This document shows, piece by piece, positions 52,717 through 61,841 of a stretch of DNA of 64,000 nt. The translations under genes were made by a program, and so were the position numbers. This DNA comes from Syntrophales bacterium (lineage in GTDB: Bacteria; Desulfobacterota; Syntrophia; Syntrophales; UBA2210): contig CAXXNF010000002.1 of assembly GCA_963666365.2 (NCBI GenBank), forward strand, positions 288,001-352,000. Direction: 5' to 3'. Each line of letters begins with the position of its first letter. The stretch's first letter is position 1. A model generated the notes under the pieces. The model was not told the origin of the DNA. It searched no databases and worked only from the letters and a program-made list of their open reading frames with translations.

Positions 52717-53433
52717 ATGAATCAAAAAAATAACATTAGGGCATTGAGCCGTCGCGGCTTTTTGAAAACATACAGCGTGATGGCCGGTGCCTTTTTCTTC
52801 GGAGGAAGCGCACTGTTTCCGGGAAAGGTACTGGCAGGCATTAAGGATGAAATATCGGGGCTGATTTACAGAAGACAGCGGCCGCTCCCCGAGTTCAGAT
52901 TCGGAGAGTGGGAAGAAGGAAAGAGGAGGATGCTTGTTGCCTATGCCAGTAAATATGAGTCTACCGCCGAGGTTTCAAAAGCCATAGGTGAAGAGTTGCA
53001 TACATCGGGCGCAGCCGTTGATGTAATTCCGATTGTGCGAATAAAGTCGCTGGACGGGTACGACGGAGTGATCGTCGGAAGCCCGATTTATTATGAACGA
53101 TGGCGCGAAGAGGCTATTGAATTTGTGCAAAGGCATCGCGAGGCGCTGCAATCGCGTCCGGTGGCCTACTTCATGCTCTGCATGACCATGCGAATTCCCT
53201 CTGAGGAGAATAAGGCGCAGGCGCGGGGGTATATCAATGAAGTGGTAAAGGGTATCCCGGAAATCACGCCCGTTGATATCGGTCTGTTTGCAGGGTACAT
53301 CGATCGCAGGAAGACAGTGTGGCTGCTCAGGAATTACCTCAGAACGCGTAAACTGCACACCGGTGATTACAGGGACTGGAATGCAATTCGTACCTGGGGA
53401 AGCGCACTGTATGCAAAACTCGCATTAAAATAA
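52717..53433 (+). CDS. HemG-like flavodoxin with a Tat signal peptide
   Basis: SRRGFLK; LVAYAS...ST, YDGVIVGSPIY, LFAG, GDYRDWNAIR.W. Confidence 0.8.
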   Translation: MNQKNNIRALSRRGFLKTYSVMAGAFFFGGSALFPGKVLAGIKDEISGLIYRRQRPLPEFRFGEWEEGKRRMLVAYASKYESTAEVSKAIGEELHTSGAAVDVIPIVRIKSLDGYDGVIVGSPIYYERWREEAIEFVQRHREALQSRPVAYFMLCMTMRIPSEENKAQARGYINEVVKGIPEITPVDIGLFAGYIDRRKTVWLLRNYLRTRKLHTGDYRDWNAIRTWGSALYAKLALK

Positions 53434-53727
53434 GCTCACCTTACACAACATTTTCTTCAGCAAATTCCTGGCCGCATATTCAGGATAAAGCGCATATAAT
53501 TCCTGCCTGTAATCGGATATATGCACCGTAGACGCAGGAGTATCTCTCTGTGGCCTGTGTACACAAGATGATATCCGCCTTCTTTGCCAATCCAGTGGCG
53601 GTGCAGCTTGTGTTTCAAAATTTCAAGAGAAAAATGGCGGCGCAGAAAGGAACGCAGGAAAAGTGAAAGGGAAGGGGAAGCACGAAGATCAGGAGAATCT
53701 GAAAATTCGAAAAGAGGGAGGACGAGC

Positions 53728-55374
53728 ATGAAATCCCTGTCAGAAGAAGAGAAGCAGTTGTTCGGCGTCATTAACAAGGAAAGTGTCGATTTTCTTCGCA
53801 ACCGTTACAATCGCGTCAATCGATGGGTCATTGCAGACATGCTCCAGAGAAGCAGCTATCATTATCCGGATAAACCGGCGCTCATTTACCGCAACCACAC
53901 ACTTTCCTACCGCATGCTCGAAGCGGAATGCAACCGGGTCGCCAATGGTCTTATCGAACTGGGAGTGCGCAAATACGACCGTGTAGCCATACTTGCCCAC
54001 AACACCAGGCATCACGTGCTGACATGGTTCGGATGCTGCAAGATCGGCGCCGTATATCTCTCCATCAACTATCTTCTCAAGGGGCACGACATTGCCTACT
54101 GCATCAATCACTCTGAAAGCAAGGTGTTTATCGTTGAGGACGAACTCTATCCACTGGTCCGGGATGTGCTCGATGTCATGCCCTCGGTAAAGACGTTGAT
54201 CTGGTCCGATGAGGGGATAGCTGTTCCGCCTCCCGATCACCGTTTTCTGGAATTCGATGCCTGGTACTCGAAATATTCCGACAGTTCACCCGAAAGGACG
54301 CTCAATATCGAGGACCCCTGTCAGATGACCTACACCAGCGGCACAGAGGCGCTTCCGAAAGGCGTCGTTATAGGGAATCAGTCCCTTATGGCACAGTATA
54401 TGGGATGTATCGTGGACGGCGGCTATGCCACGGACGACATCAATGTGAACGCGCTTCCTCTTTACCACTGTGCGCAGCGCGACGTGTTGATGAACCCTGT
54501 GTTTTGGGTGGGGGGCACCAATATACTGATTCGGCCTGATATAGAAGAGATTCTGCACAACCTTTCCACCTACAAGGCAACAATGTTCTTTGCCCCCCCC
54601 ACGGTGTGGATCGGCATGCTGCGGCATCCCAACTTCGAGACTTATGATCTTTCTCGTCTTCGAAAGTGTTACTACGGCGCCTCGATCATGCCGGTGGCGA
54701 TTCTGCAGGAGATTATGGAGCGATTTCCGAAGGCAAAGATATACAACTACTACGGTCAGACGGAACTGGCGCCGTACCATACGATCCTCAAGGCGGATGA
54801 CGCACTTGCCAAGCTTGGGTCCGCGGGGATGGCGGGTATCAATATGGAGACGCGAATTGAAGATGACGAGGGAACCCCCATTGATGAGCCGGATGTGCCC
54901 GGCGAGATTTGCGGCAGAGGTCCCCATGCCATGCTCATGTACTTTAAAGAACCGGAAAAGACCGATGCCGTGATGAAGGGTGGCTGGTTTCATTCCGGCG
55001 ATATAGGGATTCTTGACAAGGATCGGTATATTGAAGTGGTGGACCGCAAGAAGGACATGATAAAGACGGGCGGGGAGAACGTGCCCTCAAGCGAGGTGGA
55101 AGAGGCAATTTACCGGGATCAGCGGATCCAGGAAGTGGCCGTAATTGGCATTCCCGATCCGAAGTGGGTTGAGGGGATTACCGCGGTGATTGTCTGCCGT
55201 AACGGTGCACAACTTACCGAACGCGATGTCATTCAGCACTGCCGCAACGAACTGGCGACCTTCAAGTGCCCGAAACACGTGCTCTTTGTCGAAGAACTGC
55301 CGAAAACGCCAAGCGGCAAGATCCTGAAACGGGATCTGCGGGAGATGTGCCAGAGCATACTTTTAGAAAAATAG
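53728..55374 (+). CDS. AMP-forming acyl-CoA synthetase
   Basis: YTSGTEALPKG, YYGQTE, HSGD, RKKDMIKTGGENV, PKTPSGK; ATG 53728 follows a GGAGG RBS. Confidence 0.92.
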   Translation: MKSLSEEEKQLFGVINKESVDFLRNRYNRVNRWVIADMLQRSSYHYPDKPALIYRNHTLSYRMLEAECNRVANGLIELGVRKYDRVAILAHNTRHHVLTWFGCCKIGAVYLSINYLLKGHDIAYCINHSESKVFIVEDELYPLVRDVLDVMPSVKTLIWSDEGIAVPPPDHRFLEFDAWYSKYSDSSPERTLNIEDPCQMTYTSGTEALPKGVVIGNQSLMAQYMGCIVDGGYATDDINVNALPLYHCAQRDVLMNPVFWVGGTNILIRPDIEEILHNLSTYKATMFFAPPTVWIGMLRHPNFETYDLSRLRKCYYGASIMPVAILQEIMERFPKAKIYNYYGQTELAPYHTILKADDALAKLGSAGMAGINMETRIEDDEGTPIDEPDVPGEICGRGPHAMLMYFKEPEKTDAVMKGGWFHSGDIGILDKDRYIEVVDRKKDMIKTGGENVPSSEVEEAIYRDQRIQEVAVIGIPDPKWVEGITAVIVCRNGAQLTERDVIQHCRNELATFKCPKHVLFVEELPKTPSGKILKRDLREMCQSILLEK

Positions 55375-55470
55375 GAATTAAGGGGACACGAATTAAGGGG
55401 ACAGTATACTTAATTGAACAATTAAGTATACTGTCCCCTTAATTTAATTAGTTCACTGTCCCCTTAATTA
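55375..55470. repeat. 26-bp perfect inverted repeat with flanking partial copies (AATTAAGGGGACAGTATACTTAATT family)
   Basis: 55391-55416 and 55419-55444 are exact reverse complements; partial copies at 55375-55389 and 55456-55469. Confidence 0.9.
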
Positions 55471-55944
55471 GTTCAAGGCAGCAATTCGCATTTCGATGGC
55501 CTTTTTGTGGTTAACGGTTTCCGAAACAATTTCCTTCATCAGGGTCTGGTATTCCACATCATTCGTCTGTACAATCTCTCCGTAGGATTTCTCGACCAGG
55601 GATGCTTCAATATCTCGGGCCACGTTCAGCATTTTTTCGCGGGAGAACCGTCCTTCCTGCATGAGTTCCAGATGTCCTTTCAGTCCCTTTTTTATCGTTT
55701 TGAGGGCTGTTTGATTAAAAGGGCGTCCCACTTCAAAACGTTCAGGCTTGGCTGTGATAATCTTGATCATCTTTTTTATATGCGCCGCATGCTTTTCTTC
55801 TTCGGCAACCGTTTCAAGCCAGAATTCCCGATCCTCTTTCCAGGTATCGGCACAGGTTCTGTATAGCTCGGCAATGAGCAGTTCGATTTCGGCCATCGTG
55901 TGCATGATCTCGGTGAGAGTTTGTAACGCTACAGGTGGTATCAC
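55468..55944 (-). CDS. ferritin-like/rubrerythrin-like four-helix protein
   Basis: E..IAELY, EEEKH, ETVNH ExxH-type motifs; TAAGGAGG RBS before GTG. Confidence 0.7.
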   Translation of the reverse strand: MIPPVALQTLTEIMHTMAEIELLIAELYRTCADTWKEDREFWLETVAEEEKHAAHIKKMIKIITAKPERFEVGRPFNQTALKTIKKGLKGHLELMQEGRFSREKMLNVARDIEASLVEKSYGEIVQTNDVEYQTLMKEIVSETVNHKKAIEMRIAALN

Positions 55945-56063
55945 TATGCGATCCTCCTTATGTAAATATACATTTCCTATAGTATAGTGCCTTCACGGGT
56001 CTTTCCCGCCAGAATAATGCTTCACGATAGCAAACTCATCTAAAATAACAAGGATTAATTGAA

Positions 56064-56088
56064 AATTAAGGGGACAGTATACTTAATT
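56064..56088. repeat. further exact copy of AATTAAGGGGACAGTATACTTAATT
   Basis: Identical to 55391-55415; overlaps the last codons and stop of the MBL-fold gene. Confidence 0.9.
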
Positions 56089-56938
56089 CCTGCGGTATCT
56101 TGTAAAGATGTTCCCGATCCGCCTCCAGAAACGTTCGCGTTGTGTGCTGATAATCGGCGGCGCAGATCACGCAATTCTGCGATTGTTTTTGTATGTCGGC
56201 AAGCCATTGTACACCCTCCCACGAGCGAAGCAGGTGATGATCGATAATCAGCGTGGGCGCTGCTTTTGCAAGTGTAAGGGCATTGTTCCATGCTGCATTC
56301 CGTGCCTTTGAGGAGAGTTTTTGCAGATAAAGCGGCGGCCCTGAAACAAAGATCACATCGGGGCGGTGATTGATGATCCATTGTATTGGATCCGGTTCTA
56401 TAAGTTGTATGTCCGATGCATGAACGAAGACGAGGCCATCGTCTTTTATGCGTGTCATCATTACTGTATTCGATTCGGAACCGTAGCATCCATGAGGCAT
56501 TGCCCCGGAAAATTCCATCTCGCCGTCCAGGCGCCCCTCTGCTGCTTCAATTGGTGCACCCACGGCCTTTTCAATGTTATCTGCCCGCGTCTGCATGGTC
56601 GGACTCGCGCGACGCGGGTTTATTCCCCAGATTCTTGTAGTTTCAAGAGATTCCGACAGGTGTGCAAGGGGAAGCTGGTAGGGATTGGGGTGTGCGAGCG
56701 GAATATGGTCGCCGTGGTAATGGCTGAAAACGATATCCGTCGCCCGCATGCAGGCATAGATGATGCGCTGGCGAAGTTCATTCCCCCGTCGTATCTGAAT
56801 GGGGTGAGGGGGCAAACCATGCCGCCACAGGCCAAGAGCGATTCCGGGATCGATTAAAATCCGACGATTCGACAATTCGACCATGGTGCACATGCTGCGA
56901 ACGCCCAGCGACTCGGTGGCAATGATTTCAATATTCAT
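56066..56938 (-). CDS. MBL-fold metallo-hydrolase (UPF0282-like)
   Basis: ESLGVRSM, IDPG, SHYHGDH, HASD, DHHLLRS; ATG 56938 follows a GGAGG RBS. Confidence 0.8.
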   Translation of the reverse strand: MNIEIIATESLGVRSMCTMVELSNRRILIDPGIALGLWRHGLPPHPIQIRRGNELRQRIIYACMRATDIVFSHYHGDHIPLAHPNPYQLPLAHLSESLETTRIWGINPRRASPTMQTRADNIEKAVGAPIEAAEGRLDGEMEFSGAMPHGCYGSESNTVMMTRIKDDGLVFVHASDIQLIEPDPIQWIINHRPDVIFVSGPPLYLQKLSSKARNAAWNNALTLAKAAPTLIIDHHLLRSWEGVQWLADIQKQSQNCVICAADYQHTTRTFLEADREHLYKIPQELSILSP

Positions 56939-57166
56939 TACGGCCTCCGCAGGAATGAACACTTCTTTCTACTTCCTACGGGACCGCCAAGGGTAAATCA
57001 AGTAGCAATTTCACATTTTCCACCGTCAGCCGTATTAAAAATTTGATTTATTGTGAAAAATATATATAGTCGGACCTTACAACCTCCATAAAAAGCAGAT
57101 GATTTACCATCCTTCACCGTTTTGTGGGGAAGGGGGAGCTCGTCAATTCTTTGATCCGGGGGAAAG

Positions 57167-58501
57167 ATGGAATCTCAGGATAAAACGGAAAAAGAATTAA
57201 TCGAAGAGAATGAGGAATTGAAACGTCGGATTCGTGAACTGGAAGGGAATCTTGACCTTTCCGGGAACAGTGAACGGCAGGATATTCCCGCGCGATACCT
57301 CGGTTTAATGCTGGACAACGCCCAGGAAGCGATAGTGGTGCATCAGGATCAGATGCACAGGTATGTAAACAGGAAGGCCGCGGAGATTTATCGTTACACC
57401 GTCGACGAAATGAAGTCCAAGACGATCCGTGAGGTGATCCACCCGGACGATTATGAAAAGGTGATTGCGAATTATAAACGCAGGGTGAAGGGCGAGCAGG
57501 TCGAAAAGTACCGTTACCGGGGCATCGACAAATACGGCGGCGTCAAGTGGCTGGAAATAGTGGGCACGTCGATTATCTGGGAAGGACGACCGGGTTCGAT
57601 TGTCTTCGTCACCGACGTGACGGCGCAGGTGGAGGCGGAGGAGGAGATCAAGAGATCGGGGCGGATACTGAACGACATAATCAATTTTCTTCCCGACGCG
57701 ACCTACGCGACGGATTGCGACGGGAGGGTGATTGCCTGGAATCGGGAGATGGAGAAACTGTCGGGGATCAAAGCCGCCGACATGATCGGCAAGGGTGATT
57801 TCGAGTATTCCATGCCCTTTTACGGGGAACGGCGTCCCACACTGATAGACCTGATGAAACAGCCCGACAGTTCAGTGGAGCGCACCTATCCCTACTTTGC
57901 GCGTGAGGGGAGATTTTTATATGCGGAGAACTGTTTCACCATACGGGGAGAGCCCCGGTGGTTCTGGTTCAAGGTGAGCCGTATTTACGACCACAACAAC
58001 GAGGTCGTGGGGTTCATAGAGACGGTGCGTGAGGTGACGGGCATAAAGACCGCCGAGTCGGAGCTGAAGATGAAGTCGCGCAACCTTGAGGAGGCCAACA
58101 TTGCCCTGAAGGTGTTGTTGAAGCACAGGGAAGACGACAAGAGCGAGATAGAGGACGCCATTATCGACAACATCAAGCAGCTGATAGTCCCCTACATGGA
58201 GAAATTGAGGATGTCGGGATTGAACTCGCGTCAGAGCACCTATATGGAAATCCTGGAGACGCACATAGAGGAGATTGTTTCGCCCTTTTTGAATAAAATG
58301 ACCGGTCGTCATGCCAACCTTACCCCCCGGGAGGTTCAGATTGCCGGACTTGTGAAAGATGGGAAAACATCGAAGGAAATTGCCGAGATATTGGGTATTG
58401 CGGAGAACACCGTGACGAACTACCGGAAGCGCCTGCGAAAGAAATTTGCATTGAGAAGCAAGGACAAAAATCTGCGCACCCACCTTTTGTCCTTTCAATA
58501 A
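57167..58501 (+). CDS. PAS-PAS-LuxR(HTH) transcriptional regulator, copy 1
   Basis: Two PAS/PAC domains, LEEANIALKVLL coiled coil, LTPREVQIA..VKDGKTSKEIA..L..TV..YRKRLRKK. Confidence 0.9.
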   Translation: MESQDKTEKELIEENEELKRRIRELEGNLDLSGNSERQDIPARYLGLMLDNAQEAIVVHQDQMHRYVNRKAAEIYRYTVDEMKSKTIREVIHPDDYEKVIANYKRRVKGEQVEKYRYRGIDKYGGVKWLEIVGTSIIWEGRPGSIVFVTDVTAQVEAEEEIKRSGRILNDIINFLPDATYATDCDGRVIAWNREMEKLSGIKAADMIGKGDFEYSMPFYGERRPTLIDLMKQPDSSVERTYPYFAREGRFLYAENCFTIRGEPRWFWFKVSRIYDHNNEVVGFIETVREVTGIKTAESELKMKSRNLEEANIALKVLLKHREDDKSEIEDAIIDNIKQLIVPYMEKLRMSGLNSRQSTYMEILETHIEEIVSPFLNKMTGRHANLTPREVQIAGLVKDGKTSKEIAEILGIAENTVTNYRKRLRKKFALRSKDKNLRTHLLSFQ

Positions 58502-58546
58502 TGGTCAAATTGTATAGCCATTATTAGATCTAATTTTGAACCTTGT
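58497..58546 (+). promoter_or_regulatory. putative operator/promoter region duplicated with the regulator
   Basis: AATAATGG-N13-CCATTATT inverted repeat plus ATTAGATCTAAT palindrome; identical to 61745-61794. Confidence 0.5.
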
Positions 58547-58600
58547 GCGATCCGATCGCTTATGTTTTGCTAGGGCAAAAGGCAAGAAGAAAGTAAGCGA

Positions 58601-60262
58601 ATGGATCCGAAATCCTGGCACAGGCACTACGACTATTGTGTCCCTCCCACAATTAATTATCCGCGCATCACAATTCCCGATCTGCTTCAGATCCCGGCCA
58701 ATGCCTATCCGGACAGACCGGCGCTCGTCTTTTCCGACAGAGAGATTACCTTCTGGGAACTTCGCCGGCTGGCATTGAGAATGGCGCACGCCCTGGGCGC
58801 CCTCGACATCACAAAGGGGGATCGTGTAGGCCTGCATCTTCCCACCTGTCCCCAGTATCTCATTGCCTATTATGCAGTGCTCTCGCTGGGGGCTATTGTG
58901 GTCAATCTCAATCCTCTCTATACGGTGGAAGAATTGAAGGGCACGGCCCATGCGACGGGCATGTCGTCGCTCATTACCTCGGATATGTCTCTGGGGACAG
59001 CGCGTCTGCTTGCGGAGGCCGCAGGAATAGAAAGGGTGATTATTTCCAGAGTCGATGATTTTGCCAAGGGCGGTTCCCGGTCCCCCGCCGCCTCACTCGA
59101 TCTGCCGCGGGGCTGGCACTCATTCATGGATGTTCTGGAGAGCGCCCGTGACACCAAAAAACCACGTGTTGCGCTGTCCCCCGATGATGTAGCGGTAATC
59201 CAGTTTACCGGCGGCACCACGGGTATTCCCAAGGGCGCCATGCTTACCCATCGAAACCTTATTGCCGGCGCATTACAGTATGCCCTCTGGATGACGCCCA
59301 TAACACAGCATATTTCGCAGGAACGGCGGTCGGTGTTGCTCGTACTTCCCCTGTATCACGTATACGGAAACCTGGTGATGAACTGGTCCATTTTCACCTG
59401 CACAATGCAGATTCTGGTTCCCCGGTTTCAGATAGACGAGCTGATGGAACTTATGGCGGGCTTTGATGAAATTACCTACTTTCCTACCGTTCCCACAGGG
59501 GTAAGCGCGTTGCTCAATCATCCGCGCATCGGTGAAATCAATCTTGGGAAAAAACTGACCTATCTGAACTCAGGCGGCGGTCCCACGGCATTGAATCTGA
59601 TAGAACAGATCGAGGATATGGGCCTTTACTATGGCCAGGGATGGGGTATGAGTGAAACAGCTGCTGTGGGGACTAATAACCCCGTCCTTGGCCCCAGGAA
59701 GGTAAACAGTATAGGAATTCCCTATCCCGACACTGACCTGAGGCTGGTGGATCTGGAAAACGGCGTCGACGACGTGCCGCGAGGAACGCCCGGTGAGATT
59801 ATTATTAAGGGCGCCACAGTGATGCGGGGATACTGGAACAATCCGGAAGGCACCGCTGAACAGATGAAGGATGGATGGCTTTCCACAGGCGACATCGCCA
59901 TCCAGGATGAGGATGATTTCCTCTACATTGTAGACCGTAAAAAGGACATGATCATCTCCGGTGGATTCAACATTTATCCGCGTGAGGTGGATGAGGTGCT
60001 CTTTCAGCATCCGAAGGTCGAACTGGCAGTTTCGGTGGGTATTCCCGACGAGTACCGTGGAGAGACATTAAAGGCATTCGTCGTGCTGAAGAAGGGCATG
60101 ACGGCCACGGAAAAAGACGTAATCGCCTTCTGCCGGGAAAAGCTGGCGCCCTATAAGGTGCCCCGGCTTGTAGAGTTTCGTCAATCACTGCCGCAATCGA
60201 CGGTGGGCAAAGTGCTCCGCAAAGAACTGCGAGCTGAAGAAGAAGCAAAACGAATGAAGTAA
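58601..60262 (+). CDS. long-chain-fatty-acid--CoA ligase (FadD-like)
   Basis: FTGGTTGIPKG, GWGMSE, TGD, RKKDMIISGGFNIYP, PQSTVGK. Confidence 0.92.
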   Translation: MDPKSWHRHYDYCVPPTINYPRITIPDLLQIPANAYPDRPALVFSDREITFWELRRLALRMAHALGALDITKGDRVGLHLPTCPQYLIAYYAVLSLGAIVVNLNPLYTVEELKGTAHATGMSSLITSDMSLGTARLLAEAAGIERVIISRVDDFAKGGSRSPAASLDLPRGWHSFMDVLESARDTKKPRVALSPDDVAVIQFTGGTTGIPKGAMLTHRNLIAGALQYALWMTPITQHISQERRSVLLVLPLYHVYGNLVMNWSIFTCTMQILVPRFQIDELMELMAGFDEITYFPTVPTGVSALLNHPRIGEINLGKKLTYLNSGGGPTALNLIEQIEDMGLYYGQGWGMSETAAVGTNNPVLGPRKVNSIGIPYPDTDLRLVDLENGVDDVPRGTPGEIIIKGATVMRGYWNNPEGTAEQMKDGWLSTGDIAIQDEDDFLYIVDRKKDMIISGGFNIYPREVDEVLFQHPKVELAVSVGIPDEYRGETLKAFVVLKKGMTATEKDVIAFCREKLAPYKVPRLVEFRQSLPQSTVGKVLRKELRAEEEAKRMK

Positions 60263-60289
60263 AAAAATATACACCTCCTTCTCCTACCA

Positions 60290-60334
60290 GTGTCCTGCCC
60301 GAGACTTTCCCTCTGCCAACAACGGGCAGGACAC
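60290..60334. terminator. 12-bp inverted repeat (possible terminator)
   Basis: GTGTCCTGCCCG...CGGGCAGGACAC downstream of the ligase gene; no T-tract. Confidence 0.4.
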
Positions 60335-60414
60335 CCTTCCTAATATTATTTGCGAAGTAATGTAATGAATATGTATTCGATGATGGCTTCAGGCATGCTG
60401 AAGCCGGGGGAATC

Positions 60415-61749
60415 ATGGCAGCTCAAACAAAAACAAAAGAAGCACTGATCGAAGAAAATGAGGAATTGAAACGTCGGATTCGTGAACTGGAAGGGAATCT
60501 TGACCTTTCCGGGAACAGTGAACGGCAGGATATTCCCGCGCGATACCTCGGTTTAATGCTGGACAACGCCCAGGAAGCGATAGTGGTAAATCAGGATGAG
60601 ACCTACAAGTACGCAAACAAGAAAGCCGCTGAGATGCACCGTTGCACCGTCGAGGAGATGAAGTCGAAGCTTATCAGAGAGATGATCCACCCGGACGATT
60701 ATGCGACGGTGATTACGAATTACGAACGCAGGGTGAAGGGCGAGCAGGTTGAAAAGTATCGCTACCGGGCCATCGACAAATACGGCGGCGTCAAGTGGCT
60801 GGAAATAGTGGGCACGTCGATTATCTGGGAAGGACGACCGGGTTCGATTGTCTTCGTCACTGACGTGACGGCGCAGGTGGAGGCGGAGGAGGAGATCAAG
60901 AGATCGGGGCGGATACTGAACGACATAATCAATTTTCTTCCCGACGCGACCTACGCGACGGATTGCGACGGGAGGGTGATTGCCTGGAATCGGGAGATGG
61001 AGAAACTGTCGGGGATCAAAGCCGCCGACATGATCGGCAAGGGTGATTTCGAGTATTCCATGCCCTTTTACGGGGAACGGCGTCCCACACTGATAGACCT
61101 GATGAAACAGCCCGACAGTTCAGTGGAGCGCACCTATCCCTACTTTGCGCGTGAGGGGAGATTTTTATATGCGGAGAACTGTTTCACCATACGGGGAGAG
61201 CCCCGGTGGTTCTGGTTCAAGGTGAGCCGTATTTACGACCACAACAACGAGGTCGTGGGGTTCATAGAGACGGTGCGTGAGGTGACGGGCATAAAGACCG
61301 CCGAGTCGGAGCTGAAGATGAAGTCGCGCAACCTTGAGGAGGCCAACATTGCCCTGAAGGTGTTGTTGAAGCACAGGGAAGACGACAAGAGCGAGATAGA
61401 GGACGCCATTATCGACAACATCAAGCAACTGATAGTTCCCTACATGGAGAAATTGAGGATGTCGGGATTGAACTCGCGTCAGAGCACCTATATGGAAATC
61501 CTGGAGACGCACATAGAGGAGATTGTTTCGCCCTTTTTGAATAAAATGACCGGTCGTCATGCCAACCTTACCCCCCGGGAGGTTCAGATTGCCGGACTTG
61601 TGAAAGATGGGAAAACATCGAAGGAAATTGCCGAGATATTGGGTATTGCGGAGAACACCGTGACGAACTACCGGAAGCGCCTGCGAAAGAAATTTGCATT
61701 GAGAAGCAAGGACAAAAATCTGCGCACCCATCTTTTGTCCTTTCAATAA
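60415..61749 (+). CDS. PAS-PAS-LuxR(HTH) transcriptional regulator, copy 2
   Basis: Same length (444 aa) as copy 1 and identical to it outside the extreme N-terminus and PAS1. Confidence 0.9.
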   Translation: MAAQTKTKEALIEENEELKRRIRELEGNLDLSGNSERQDIPARYLGLMLDNAQEAIVVNQDETYKYANKKAAEMHRCTVEEMKSKLIREMIHPDDYATVITNYERRVKGEQVEKYRYRAIDKYGGVKWLEIVGTSIIWEGRPGSIVFVTDVTAQVEAEEEIKRSGRILNDIINFLPDATYATDCDGRVIAWNREMEKLSGIKAADMIGKGDFEYSMPFYGERRPTLIDLMKQPDSSVERTYPYFAREGRFLYAENCFTIRGEPRWFWFKVSRIYDHNNEVVGFIETVREVTGIKTAESELKMKSRNLEEANIALKVLLKHREDDKSEIEDAIIDNIKQLIVPYMEKLRMSGLNSRQSTYMEILETHIEEIVSPFLNKMTGRHANLTPREVQIAGLVKDGKTSKEIAEILGIAENTVTNYRKRLRKKFALRSKDKNLRTHLLSFQ

Positions 61750-61794
61750 TGGTCAAATTGTATAGCCATTATTAGATCTAATTTTGAACCTTGT
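61745..61794 (+). promoter_or_regulatory. second copy of the putative operator/promoter region
   Basis: Identical to 58497-58546; followed by a -10-like TATGAT. Confidence 0.5.
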
Positions 61795-61841
61795 TTCATC
61801 CGTTCACTTATGATTCTCTAAAACAAAAAGGAGGGCAGCAA

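Noticed and set aside
53584..53727. Basic N-terminal extension of the acyl-CoA synthetase (TTG start)
   Set aside because: Low-complexity purine-rich leader; a strong GGAGG RBS supports ATG 53728
57340..57522. DGR-like template/variable repeat pair between the two regulators
   Set aside because: Substitutions affect all four bases and include many synonymous third-position changes, so they are not adenine-specific; no reverse transcriptase gene is in the window
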